A stretch of 10,578 nt of DNA from Rhodothermales bacterium. Its GTDB lineage: Bacteria; Bacteroidota; Rhodothermia; Rhodothermales; VXPQ01. Location: contig JBBDTI010000067.1 of NCBI GenBank assembly GCA_040904565.1, positions 90,442-101,019 of the forward strand. Reading direction: 5' to 3'. Each line of letters starts with the position of its first letter. The stretch's first letter is position 1. The notes below the pieces were generated by a model. The model saw nothing but the letters and a program-made list of their open reading frames with translations, was not told where the DNA came from and searched no databases. Made by a program: the position numbers and the translations under genes. Shown in pieces: positions 1 to 8,444 of the stretch.

Positions 1-56
1 AGGCGGCTGAACTTGAGGCGGCTAGGCATATATCGGTAGCGTCTGAGGCGGGTCAT
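1..56 (-). CDS. Possible 5' end of a divergent gene running off the left edge
   Basis: In-frame ATGs at 56 and 29 (MTRLRRYRYMPSRLKFSR...) preceded by an AT-rich patch at 57-75. Too short to validate. Confidence 0.25.
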   Translation of the reverse strand, partial: MTRLRRYRYMPSRLKFSR

Positions 57-418
57 TCAATATAACCTATTGCAACGGTTCCGCGCAGGTGCGGGCACGA
101 CACGGTGAGCTGGGGGACGACGAGAAGGCGGAGAGAGAACGCGGAGAGCTGTGCGTATCGGGGGTGCGCATCGATTACGGCGCGACCTCGATATTCGTGT
201 TCGAACGGACGAGTTGCCTCGATGCTGGGCGGAGGGAGAGAACATCCAGCGCATCGCGCAGGTATGGAAGTGCAGACGTAGAACGGGGTGCCTGGACGTG
301 CAGCACGAAACGGGACGCACGGAAGTGCGGGCGTCGAAGCCGTTCCGAACCCCCTTCAAATTGCGTGTTGCGTCGTAACGTAGTATTGCCAACCGAATCG
401 CCGGCCGGATCGTCAAGT

Positions 419-1372
419 ATGTCGAAGGTACAGCCCCTCGTTCGCATCCACGATCTGTGGAAGTCGTACGGCCGAGTCGAGGCCGCGCGGGGCGTAAGCT
501 TCGAGATCGATGGAGGGGAAATCTTTGGGCTCCTCGGCCCGAATGGTGCCGGCAAGACGACGACCCTCGAATGCGTGCTGGGCCTTCGCCGGCCGGATCG
601 AGGGGAGATCGAGGTCTGCGGAATCGACGCCCGCCGCCGCCCGCGCGAGATGAAGCAGCGCATTGGAGCCGCGCTTCAGACGACGGCCCTGCAGGAGAAG
701 ATCACGCCGTACGAGGCGCTCCGGCTTTTCGGTTCGTTCTACCGGGAACGCGTCGAGCCGGAGGTCCTGCTCGAGCGTTTCGGGCTCACCGAACTGGCCG
801 GTGCGGCCTTCGACACGCTTTCGGGCGGACAGCGGCAGCGCCTTGCACTGGCACTGGCCTTCGTCAATAAGCCGGCCCTCGTGTTTCTGGACGAACCCAC
901 GACGGGGCTCGACCCGCAGTCGCGGCGGGAGCTCCACGAAGACATCCGCGAGATGAAGAAGGAAGGGCGAGCCGTCCTCCTCACCACCCACTACATCGAA
1001 GAGGCAGAATCGCTGTGCGATCGCGTCGCCATCATCCATCGAGGACGGATCATCGCTGAAGGCACCCCCAGAGAGCTCATCTCTCAGTCCGGCGTGGCGC
1101 CCACCGTTCGCATTGAGACTACACCGCCTATTACGGAAGGCCTGTTCGACGGCGTGGACGGTATCGACGACCTCCGCATCGAAGGGTCCGTCGCTCGCTT
1201 TCGTTCCGACCCGATCGTACGAACGCTCGCCGAGGTGACGCGGCGGCTTGAGGGCGCGGGGGCAGACATTACGGAGCTGCACGTTCAGAAAGCCACCCTC
1301 GAAGACGTCTTCATCGAACTGACCGGCACCTCCCTGGAAAGCGCGGCCCGACGTGCCGGGGTGGCGGCATGA
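419..1372 (+). CDS. ABC transporter ATP-binding subunit (ABC-2/DrrA-like exporter type)
   Basis: Walker A GPNGAGKTT, signature LSGGQ, Walker B VFLDEPT, H-loop TTH and a C-terminal LEDVFIELTG typical of ABC-2 ATPases. Start moved from 89 to ATG 419 (MSKVQPLVRIHDLWKSYG) because the 110 upstream codons look non-coding. Stop overlaps the next start (ATGA 1369-1372). Confidence 0.95.
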   Translation: MSKVQPLVRIHDLWKSYGRVEAARGVSFEIDGGEIFGLLGPNGAGKTTTLECVLGLRRPDRGEIEVCGIDARRRPREMKQRIGAALQTTALQEKITPYEALRLFGSFYRERVEPEVLLERFGLTELAGAAFDTLSGGQRQRLALALAFVNKPALVFLDEPTTGLDPQSRRELHEDIREMKKEGRAVLLTTHYIEEAESLCDRVAIIHRGRIIAEGTPRELISQSGVAPTVRIETTPPITEGLFDGVDGIDDLRIEGSVARFRSDPIVRTLAEVTRRLEGAGADITELHVQKATLEDVFIELTGTSLESAARRAGVAA

Positions 1373-3143
1373 GCAGTTTTTTATATCAGTTCGGCACGGA
1401 CCTACGGCTCTACTACCGGAACAAGATGGCCCTGCTCTATGGCTATCTCTTTCCCACGATTTTTCTGGTTGCCTTCTGGGTTCTGTACCGGCACGAGCTC
1501 GTGCCCCTCGTACAGCACATGGGAGAGCTCCTGACGGTGACGGCGCTCGGTGGTGCCTGCTTCGGCTTGCCCACCGCCATGGTGAGCGAACGGGAACGCG
1601 GCGTCTGGCGGCGGTATCGCATCGCGCCGGTTTCGACGCTTCAGCTCGTTCTCGGTACGCTCGCCGCGCGCTACGTCATCCTCATTTCGGCCGCGCTGCT
1701 CCAGCTCATTCTGGCGATGTGGATCGGCATGCCACTGCCCGACCACCTGTTCGATCTATGGCTGGCGTTTACCTTCGTCTCGTTTGCCTTCCTTGGACTG
1801 GGACTCGTCATCGCGATGCTGGCCGACAACGTGCCCGCCGTCCAGGCGCTCGGACAATCCATCTTCCTGCCGATGCTCATCATCGGCGGCGTGGCCGTAC
1901 GCATCCAGAGCCTGCCGGTGTGGGCCCAGCACGTCTCTGCTTTCTTCCCCGGCCGATATTCCGTGGAAGCCATTCAGGTCACGGTGAATGGGGCCGGACT
2001 TGGAGATGCGCGCTTCAGCCTGCTGGCCCTGCTGCTCGTCGGAGCGTCTGGCTGCCTGGCCGCCGCGAAATTGTTTCGCTGGGACGCGCGGGAACGGTTT
2101 GTGACGAAAAGCGGGAAGGCCTGGATCGGCGTCGCACTCGCGGCGTGGATCGCCGTCGGCGTGCTCGCTGAAGTTACCGGCCAGGTTCGCCCGACCGGGC
2201 AGCGTCTCGCCGAAGACCGTACCGAGATGCCGTTGCCAACGGGTGATGGTCTGGGGGATGCGGACGCCGCGGCGGATTCCGGCGAGGCGAGTCGGACTGG
2301 TGCCGGTACGTTGGAGGTAGGCCCGCAGGGCGCGGATACGTCGACCGCGGAGAGTTCAAGCGACGACGACGATGCCGGCGGACAGGCTGAAGCCGATACG
2401 GACGGCGGTGGCGATCCGCGGGCAGATCGGCCGGAAGGCGGTGCTGAAGCGGTAGGGGCTGAAGCGGAAGGGGCTGACGAACGCGCGGAGGTGGGGTCGC
2501 CCGAAGAGCCGGACGCCAACACGGCGGTTACCGGAGCGGAAGATATGCCCGGGGCTGATGCGGGCGAGGTGGAGCCTTCCGATGATGCGGCGACGGATGA
2601 ACCTGCCGACCAGCCACCTCCCGATCGTCCGGCTTCCCCGGAGTATCCGGAAACGTGGGAAGAGGTCACGATCGACGACGTCAATCGCGACGTCCGTTTC
2701 AACGCACTGCCGTACGACGAAGGACTGGAAGCGCCGATCGCCGGCCTCGACGATCCTATCTATCCGGATGTGGAGGCCACGCTAGATTGTATCAGGAGGT
2801 CGCTGAGGGAATGGTCGCCGGCTAAGGTTGACGACCCCGTTCAGCGGGCACGGAACGTGCTGTACGTCGCGGCGGTCCCCGACATGTACCAGATGAGCGG
2901 GCTGGAAAGCTGGATCCCGCACGCCGTGTTCGACTACCTGCGGGGCGCGTATCCGAAACAGCAGCTTATTAAGGTCCTGTACTGGATCGCCACGCATCCT
3001 GACGAAGGTAGCACTCAGGCTGCCGATCGATTGTCGGCCGTCTGTCTAAACGTTGGCGGACCGAGAGACATCGACATGCTCCAACAACGCACGGGGTGGT
3101 ACGCCGCCAAATTGCTGGGGCGCGTGACGGGGCACATCCAGCC

Positions 3144-3147
<4 letters not shown>
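1369..3147 (+). CDS. ABC-2 type permease with an extra TM helix, long acidic linker and C-terminal domain of unknown function
   Basis: aa 1-239 form a hydrophobic ABC-2 membrane domain (ERERGVWRRYRIAP loop, LPVWAQHVSAFFP re-entrant motif, ending KLFRWD). A further hydrophobic helix follows at aa ~251-267, then a D/E/A/G/P/T-rich stretch to aa ~424 and a globular-looking domain at aa ~425-592. ATGA overlap with the ATPase. Confidence 0.88.
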
Positions 3148-3782
<635 letters not shown>

Positions 3783-3892
3783 CGCGGTACAGATAGCTAG
3801 TCGAGACGCACCGCCGAACGTAGTGCGGCGTGCGAAGGCGAGGGTTTATGCGGATGGCGAGTGGGGGCGGGCCAAGGAGCGCCCCGATCGAT

Positions 3893-5245
3893 TTACGGTC
3901 GGACGGCCGTGCCGTCGCGCTTGCGAACCTGGGTCCATCCGTAGTCGAACTTCGGCAGCGGGTATTTGGCGGCAGCCTCTTCGTTTACTTCGACGCCGAG
4001 TCCGGGTGCATCGTTCACGTGCATATAGCCTTCCTCCATCGTCGGGTGACCGGGGAAGACTTCCCGCGTCTCTTCCCGGAAATGGACGGCTTCCTGGATG
4101 CCGAAATTCCACACGGCGTAATCGATGTGGGCGTTGGCTGCGTGGCCGACCGGCGAGACGTCGCCCGGCCCATGCCATGCCGTTTTGACGCCGAAGAATT
4201 CGCCGAGGCGCGCCGTCTTCATCGCAGGCGTGATGCCGCCGATCTGCGAGATGTGAATGCGGATGTAGTCGAACAGCCGGTCGGCCATCGGCCGCACCCA
4301 CTCGTTCGGATTGTTGAAGAGCTCGCCCATGGCCAGCGGCACACTCGTCTGCTCGCGCAGCATCCGGAACCACTCCACGTCCTGCGGAGAGAACGGGTCC
4401 TCGATGAAGAACGGCCGATACGGCTCCAGGTCCTTGATCAGCTGGATGGAATCCAAAGGGTCGAGCCGCTCGTGAATATCGTGCAGCAGCTCCACGTCGG
4501 GACCGACGGCGCCTCGGACGGCCTCGAACATCGACGGAATGGCCTGCATGTAGGCGTTCTGATCCATGAAATTGTCTTCCGGACGGCCGAATTCCGCCTC
4601 CTTGAAGTCCGGTTGCTCACTCAGGTGGATGGACCCGTACGCCCCCATCTGAATCCGAATGTGCCTGAAGCCCTGCTCCTGCAGCCGCTGCACGTCCTCG
4701 ATGACCTCCTCGTTGTCACGTCCCGATGCGTGGGAGTAGCATGGAATGGCGAAGCGGCACTTGCCTCCGAGCAGATCGTAGAGCGGCATGCCGGCGCGCT
4801 TCGCCTTGATGTCCCACAGCGCCTGGTCGAGTCCGCTCAGTGCATTGTTCAGCACGGGCCCGTTGCGCCAGTAGGAGCTCACGTAGGCCGTCTGCCACAT
4901 GTCCTCGATATTCGCGACGTCGCGCCCGATGCAGAAATCCGGCAGGTACTCGTCGATGGCATTCACGACGCTATGGGCCCGCTGCCGGAAGGTCGCGCAG
5001 CCGTACCCGACGAGACCGGGTTCGCTCGTCTCCACCTTCACGACGACGAGTTCGATGCCATTGGGCGCGGTTGCGATGGCCTTGACATCGGTGATTTCAA
5101 GGGGCGGCAGACCCCGGGTCGCGTTTTCGAACGTCTCCTTGACAGATCGGTCCTCTGCGGCGGCTCGGGTACCGAGGAGACCGTTCGACACTAGACCCGC
5201 CGAGGCCCCCAGTCCCAGATTCTTGAGCATTTTCCTACGATTCAT
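3893..5245 (-). CDS. Enolase-superfamily sugar-acid dehydratase, D-mannonate dehydratase (ManD/RspA) subgroup, with Tat-like signal peptide
   Basis: YWRNGPVLNNALSGLDQALWDIKAK, LLGGKCR, metal-ligand motifs HDIHER / FIEDP / MGELF, WHGPGD, NFGIQE and PGLGVEVNE. Start set at ATG 5245, which has GGAGG 5 nt upstream. N-terminus NRRKMLK...RAAA. Confidence 0.92.
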   Translation of the reverse strand: MNRRKMLKNLGLGASAGLVSNGLLGTRAAAEDRSVKETFENATRGLPPLEITDVKAIATAPNGIELVVVKVETSEPGLVGYGCATFRQRAHSVVNAIDEYLPDFCIGRDVANIEDMWQTAYVSSYWRNGPVLNNALSGLDQALWDIKAKRAGMPLYDLLGGKCRFAIPCYSHASGRDNEEVIEDVQRLQEQGFRHIRIQMGAYGSIHLSEQPDFKEAEFGRPEDNFMDQNAYMQAIPSMFEAVRGAVGPDVELLHDIHERLDPLDSIQLIKDLEPYRPFFIEDPFSPQDVEWFRMLREQTSVPLAMGELFNNPNEWVRPMADRLFDYIRIHISQIGGITPAMKTARLGEFFGVKTAWHGPGDVSPVGHAANAHIDYAVWNFGIQEAVHFREETREVFPGHPTMEEGYMHVNDAPGLGVEVNEEAAAKYPLPKFDYGWTQVRKRDGTAVRP

Positions 5246-5250
5246 GTTGT

Positions 5251-5255
5251 CCTCC
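5251..5255 (-). promoter_or_regulatory. Shine-Dalgarno site of the dehydratase gene
   Basis: Minus strand reads GGAGG-ACAAC-ATG. Confidence 0.75.
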
Positions 5256-5603
5256 AATTCTTATGCATGTTCCAGGTGCAGTGCGAGCGAACGGCGTCGC
5301 GAGGACCGACGAGGGATCCTTCGAGGGCCGGCCGACCGGAAAGCTGGTTGCAAGGAGCCTTGCCAGGTTAACTGGGGGCCCTGCACGGTTCGACGTCTAT
5401 AAAGCCGGGTTCAACATACGTAGCCGCGTCCAAACAATTGAAAGGCGTCACCATTGGCCTCGGGACGGGGCCTCCATCCGTTTCTCATGGATCGCCGCCT
5501 CATTCCGTTCGTTGCAAAGTAAAGAAGTTCGCCAATGGAGAGCTGCGGCGGGGCCGAAGCATTCGGACACGTAAGTCGCATACACAGGATTGAGGATACG
5601 CCC

Positions 5604-5897
5604 ATGGCCATGAATCGAGATGAGTTCGTCGAGAAACTGAAGCAGCAGATCGACGAATGGAACGAGAAGATCGACCGCCTGGAACAGCGCGTCCGAGAGG
5701 GCCGTGCGGAAGCGGAGGGGACAACGGACGAGCGACTGGTGGATCTCCGTCGCCGGCGTGACGATCTGCGTGCCAGGCTCCGCGAGCTGCAGTCCGCCAG
5801 CGAGGAGGCATGGTCTGATCTCAAGACGGGCATTGAGCGCGCGAGGAAGGAACTCGGCGACGCGTTTGCCAGGGCGCGTTCGCATTACGAGGACTAG
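5604..5897 (+). CDS. Small coiled-coil protein resembling the sll1863-type stress-response family
   Basis: 97 aa, charged and helical: RDEFVEKLKQQIDEWNEKIDRLE...ASEEAWSDLKTGIERA. GAGGA at 5592-5596 lies 7 nt before ATG 5604; ATG 5610 is an alternative start. Family name is from recalled similarity. Confidence 0.75.
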   Translation: MAMNRDEFVEKLKQQIDEWNEKIDRLEQRVREGRAEAEGTTDERLVDLRRRRDDLRARLRELQSASEEAWSDLKTGIERARKELGDAFARARSHYED

Positions 5898-5905
5898 AGC
5901 CGATC

Positions 5906-6625
5906 ATGCCTATGCGATGGATCGGTCCGTCAGGTACCGGACGGTTCCGCTCTCGTCCATTCCACGTTCCGTTGCTCTTGCTTGCGATGGTAATCGCGAG
6001 CGGATGCGAACAGGTTGATGGTCCGATGGATGTCGACGTCGAACCGGACAGCTGGATGAGGATCGAGGGAACGATCTCCGTCAACTCGTTTACCTGTACG
6101 TCGGATGAAGTCTACGGCGGCGCGGAGATTCCGGCGGCGTCCTTCTCGGGCGCGGCCGGGTCCGTTTCGTTGGATACGGCGGGTAAGGCGAGCCTCCGCG
6201 TGCCCGTCCATTCGCTGGACTGCGGGCGGAAGGCGATGAATGAGGATTTGTACGAGGCCTTGAAGGTCGGCTCGCATCCTGAGATCGGATTCAGGCTGTT
6301 GCGGGTTGAAGACGTGGGACGGCCCGACGAGGACGGCGAGGCGTATGAATTTAACGTCGTCGGCGCGCTGACGATTGCCGGCGTGGAGCGGGAGGTAGAG
6401 GTCCGGGCCACAGGTGAAGTACTCGGTCGTCGCCTCGGCCGCGCGTACGGAAGAAAGCAGCTGTCTATGAGTGATTTCGACATCGATCCTCCGACCGCCG
6501 TATTAGGGCTCGTCAAGGTTCAGGACCAAATCGAGGTCGTGTTCGACGTCGTCGGGTCGCTTGATCCTTCGCGCGCGGCAACCGGAACGCGAAGCGACGG
6601 AAGGTCTGCGAGGCGGGAACGGTAG
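5906..6625 (+). CDS. YceI-family (lipid/polyisoprenoid-binding) protein with N-terminal signal, possibly a lipoprotein
   Basis: SWMRIEGTISVNSFTC, LDCGRKAMNEDLYEALK..HPEIGF, GALTIAGVEREV and MSDFDIDPPTAVLGLVKV match YceI beta-barrel motifs. Hydrophobic stretch ends in ASGC. Start uncertain (5906 or 5912). Confidence 0.88.
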   Translation: MPMRWIGPSGTGRFRSRPFHVPLLLLAMVIASGCEQVDGPMDVDVEPDSWMRIEGTISVNSFTCTSDEVYGGAEIPAASFSGAAGSVSLDTAGKASLRVPVHSLDCGRKAMNEDLYEALKVGSHPEIGFRLLRVEDVGRPDEDGEAYEFNVVGALTIAGVEREVEVRATGEVLGRRLGRAYGRKQLSMSDFDIDPPTAVLGLVKVQDQIEVVFDVVGSLDPSRAATGTRSDGRSARRER

Positions 6626-6693
6626 CTTCCTTCGGTCGGCCGGAGGGAGCGCGGACCCGACGGCTCCGTCCGGCGGCGGTCACCATTCATACC

Positions 6694-6731
6694 AAAAAGC
6701 CCGAACGCGGCGTGGGCCGGGTTCGGGCTTT
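6694..6731 (-). terminator. Intrinsic terminator of the DEAD-box helicase gene (possibly weakly bidirectional)
   Basis: Perfect 11-bp inverted repeat AAAGCCCGAAC (6696-6706) / GTTCGGGCTTT (6721-6731) plus inner CGGC/GCCG. On the minus strand the stem ends in TTTTT (6694-6698), about 60 nt past the helicase stop. Confidence 0.8.
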
Positions 6732-6790
6732 GATACCTCAGGCTTTGATGCCTGGAGTTTTCATACGCGTGGGAAGTATGCCGGATCGAT

Positions 6791-8023
6791 CTACCGGCGG
6801 GACGATCTGCGTCCACCGTCGCGGCGCCCGCCCTGCCGGTTGCCGTTCGAGGAACGTCCTCCGCGGCCGTCCGAGGCGCCGTCGCTACCGAAGTCTCCAT
6901 AGGACTTTCGCGGCACGCGCTGTCCGGTATGCCGTTCTATGTTACGGATGTACGATTCCTCGTCCTTCGCCACGAACGTGATCGCGTCGCCGCTGGTCTC
7001 GGCCCGACCTGTACGGCCGATGCGGTGGATGTAGTCTTCCGCCTGGTTCGGCGTATCGTAGTTGATCACATGTGAGATCGTATCGACGTCGATACCACGG
7101 GCAGCGATGTCGGTTGCCACCATGATCTGGAAGCGACCGCCTTTGAATCCGTCCAGGGCACGCCTGCGCTGGTTCTGCGACTTGTTGGAATGCATCGCCG
7201 TTGCCGAAAAGCCCTGCTTCGCGAGATTCTTCGTAATGCGGTCCGCCCCGCGCTTCGTCCGTGAAAAGACGAGTACGTTATCGATGCGCTCCGTCTGAAG
7301 CACGTGAAGCAGCAGGTCCATCTTCCGATGCTTGGCGACGGTGCATGCGTGCTGTGCGACCGTCTCTGCCGGATTTCTCTGCTGACCGATTCGGATGACT
7401 TCGGCATTTCCGGAAAGGATGCTCTTCGCGAACGACTGGACGTCTTTCGACATGGTGGCTGAGAAGAGCAGCGTCTGGCGCGATTTGGGCGTCTCGGCGA
7501 CGATCTTGCGAATGTCACGGATGAAACCCATATCCAGCATGCGATCGGCTTCGTCCAGCACGAGAATCTCGAGCTGCGAGAGGTCGATGTGGCCGCGATT
7601 CATGTGATCGAGGAGCCGGCCCGGCGTGGCAACGACGATGTCGGTGCCGTTCTTAAGCCCCTTAATCTGCGGGTACATGCCCACGCCTCCGTAGATGGAA
7701 AGGCTGCGAAGGTTCGTGAACTTACCGTACGTACGCACGGCCTCCTCAACCTGCAGAGCGAGTTCGCGGGTTGGTGCAACGACCAGGGCGCGCACCGGTC
7801 GCTTACCCTTCGTTTGCGAGCGCTCGGAGAGCCGGTGCAGCATCGGAAGTACGAACGCCGCGGTCTTGCCCGTACCGGTTTGAGCACAGCCGGTCAGATC
7901 GCGACCGGAGCACACGACAGGTATGGCCGTCGCCTGAATCTCGGTCGGGGTAGAATATCCTGCCGCAAGTACGCCCTGCAGGAGTTCCTCGGATAGACCG
8001 AGGCCATTGAATGTAGTCATCAT
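6791..8023 (-). CDS. DEAD-box ATP-dependent RNA helicase (RhlE-like)
   Basis: Q motif GYSTPTEIQ, AQTGTGKT, PTRELA, TPGRL, DEAD, SAT, ATDIAARGID and HRIGRTGRA, with a short R/G-rich tail and no DbpA domain. Start 8023 or 8020. Confidence 0.97.
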   Translation of the reverse strand: MMTTFNGLGLSEELLQGVLAAGYSTPTEIQATAIPVVCSGRDLTGCAQTGTGKTAAFVLPMLHRLSERSQTKGKRPVRALVVAPTRELALQVEEAVRTYGKFTNLRSLSIYGGVGMYPQIKGLKNGTDIVVATPGRLLDHMNRGHIDLSQLEILVLDEADRMLDMGFIRDIRKIVAETPKSRQTLLFSATMSKDVQSFAKSILSGNAEVIRIGQQRNPAETVAQHACTVAKHRKMDLLLHVLQTERIDNVLVFSRTKRGADRITKNLAKQGFSATAMHSNKSQNQRRRALDGFKGGRFQIMVATDIAARGIDVDTISHVINYDTPNQAEDYIHRIGRTGRAETSGDAITFVAKDEESYIRNIERHTGQRVPRKSYGDFGSDGASDGRGGRSSNGNRQGGRRDGGRRSSRR

Positions 8024-8038
8024 AGATTTACGTATAGG

Positions 8039-8323
8039 AAAAAGGCGCGACTAAGCCGGCGTAGAGCCGAGGCGTCGCGAAAGAAATGCTGACGGGGATC
8101 TGCGGAGAGGCGCGGCGCGCGGTTTACGTCGACAAGCATGCTGTAATGCATACCTGGACGAGGAGGCACCGTCTAGCGAACACGTTGTAGCAATTGCATG
8201 CTGTGTCGCGAACAGGTGCGCTGGCACCGATCAAACGCAATCTCGAAGAGATGTAATCTGAAGGGCAGGTTGGATGATAGGTCTTCGACCAACTGCTTGC
8301 CCTGGCAGACCCGGTAAGCGGGT
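8039..8323 (-). promoter_or_regulatory. Putative structured 5' leader of the helicase gene, ending in a terminator-like hairpin
   Basis: Near-contiguous hairpins found by eye, two with G-U pairs that form only on the minus strand. The last stem is followed by CCTTTTT 15 nt before the ATG. Transcription start not identified. Confidence 0.5.
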
Positions 8324-8444
8324 TAGTAAGTTCCGCTTCCGAAACGGTTAGAACCGGGAACGGCGTCGATAGATCGGTGGAATGCCGGCGGGGCGGCTTT
8401 GTTGCCGCTCACGCGAAATAAGTCGTCAGATGGCGTGTACGGCC

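Noticed and set aside
1-51. Short AGGCGG(CT) repeats at the left edge
   Set aside because: Three 6-8 nt copies with irregular spacing, cut off by the window edge; uninformative.
89-418. 110-codon N-terminal extension of the ABC ATPase ORF
   Set aside because: R/S/C-rich with no domain character. The ATPase fold starts just after ATG 419, so this is most likely intergenic.
3807-3885. Two GC-rich hairpins between the dehydratase and DedA genes (3807-3834, 3864-3885)
   Set aside because: Short stems with no U-tract, expected by chance at this GC content.
3830-5194. 454-aa + strand ORF antisense to the dehydratase
   Set aside because: Typical shadow frame of a GC-rich gene with no recognisable motifs. 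The same applies to 413-1282, 1974-2702, 8382-9287 and the other overlapping ORFs.
8136-8204. GCATGCTGT repeated exactly 60 nt apart (8136-8144, 8196-8204)
   Set aside because: Only two 9-nt copies, so not CRISPR-like. Both fall in predicted hairpins of the helicase leader.
8305-8334. ECF-sigma-like promoter GGAACTT...GTCTG on the minus strand upstream of the helicase
   Set aside because: GAACTT-to-TCTG spacing is 18 nt versus about 16 in sigmaE promoters, and the -10 is imperfect. Not supportable without TSS data.
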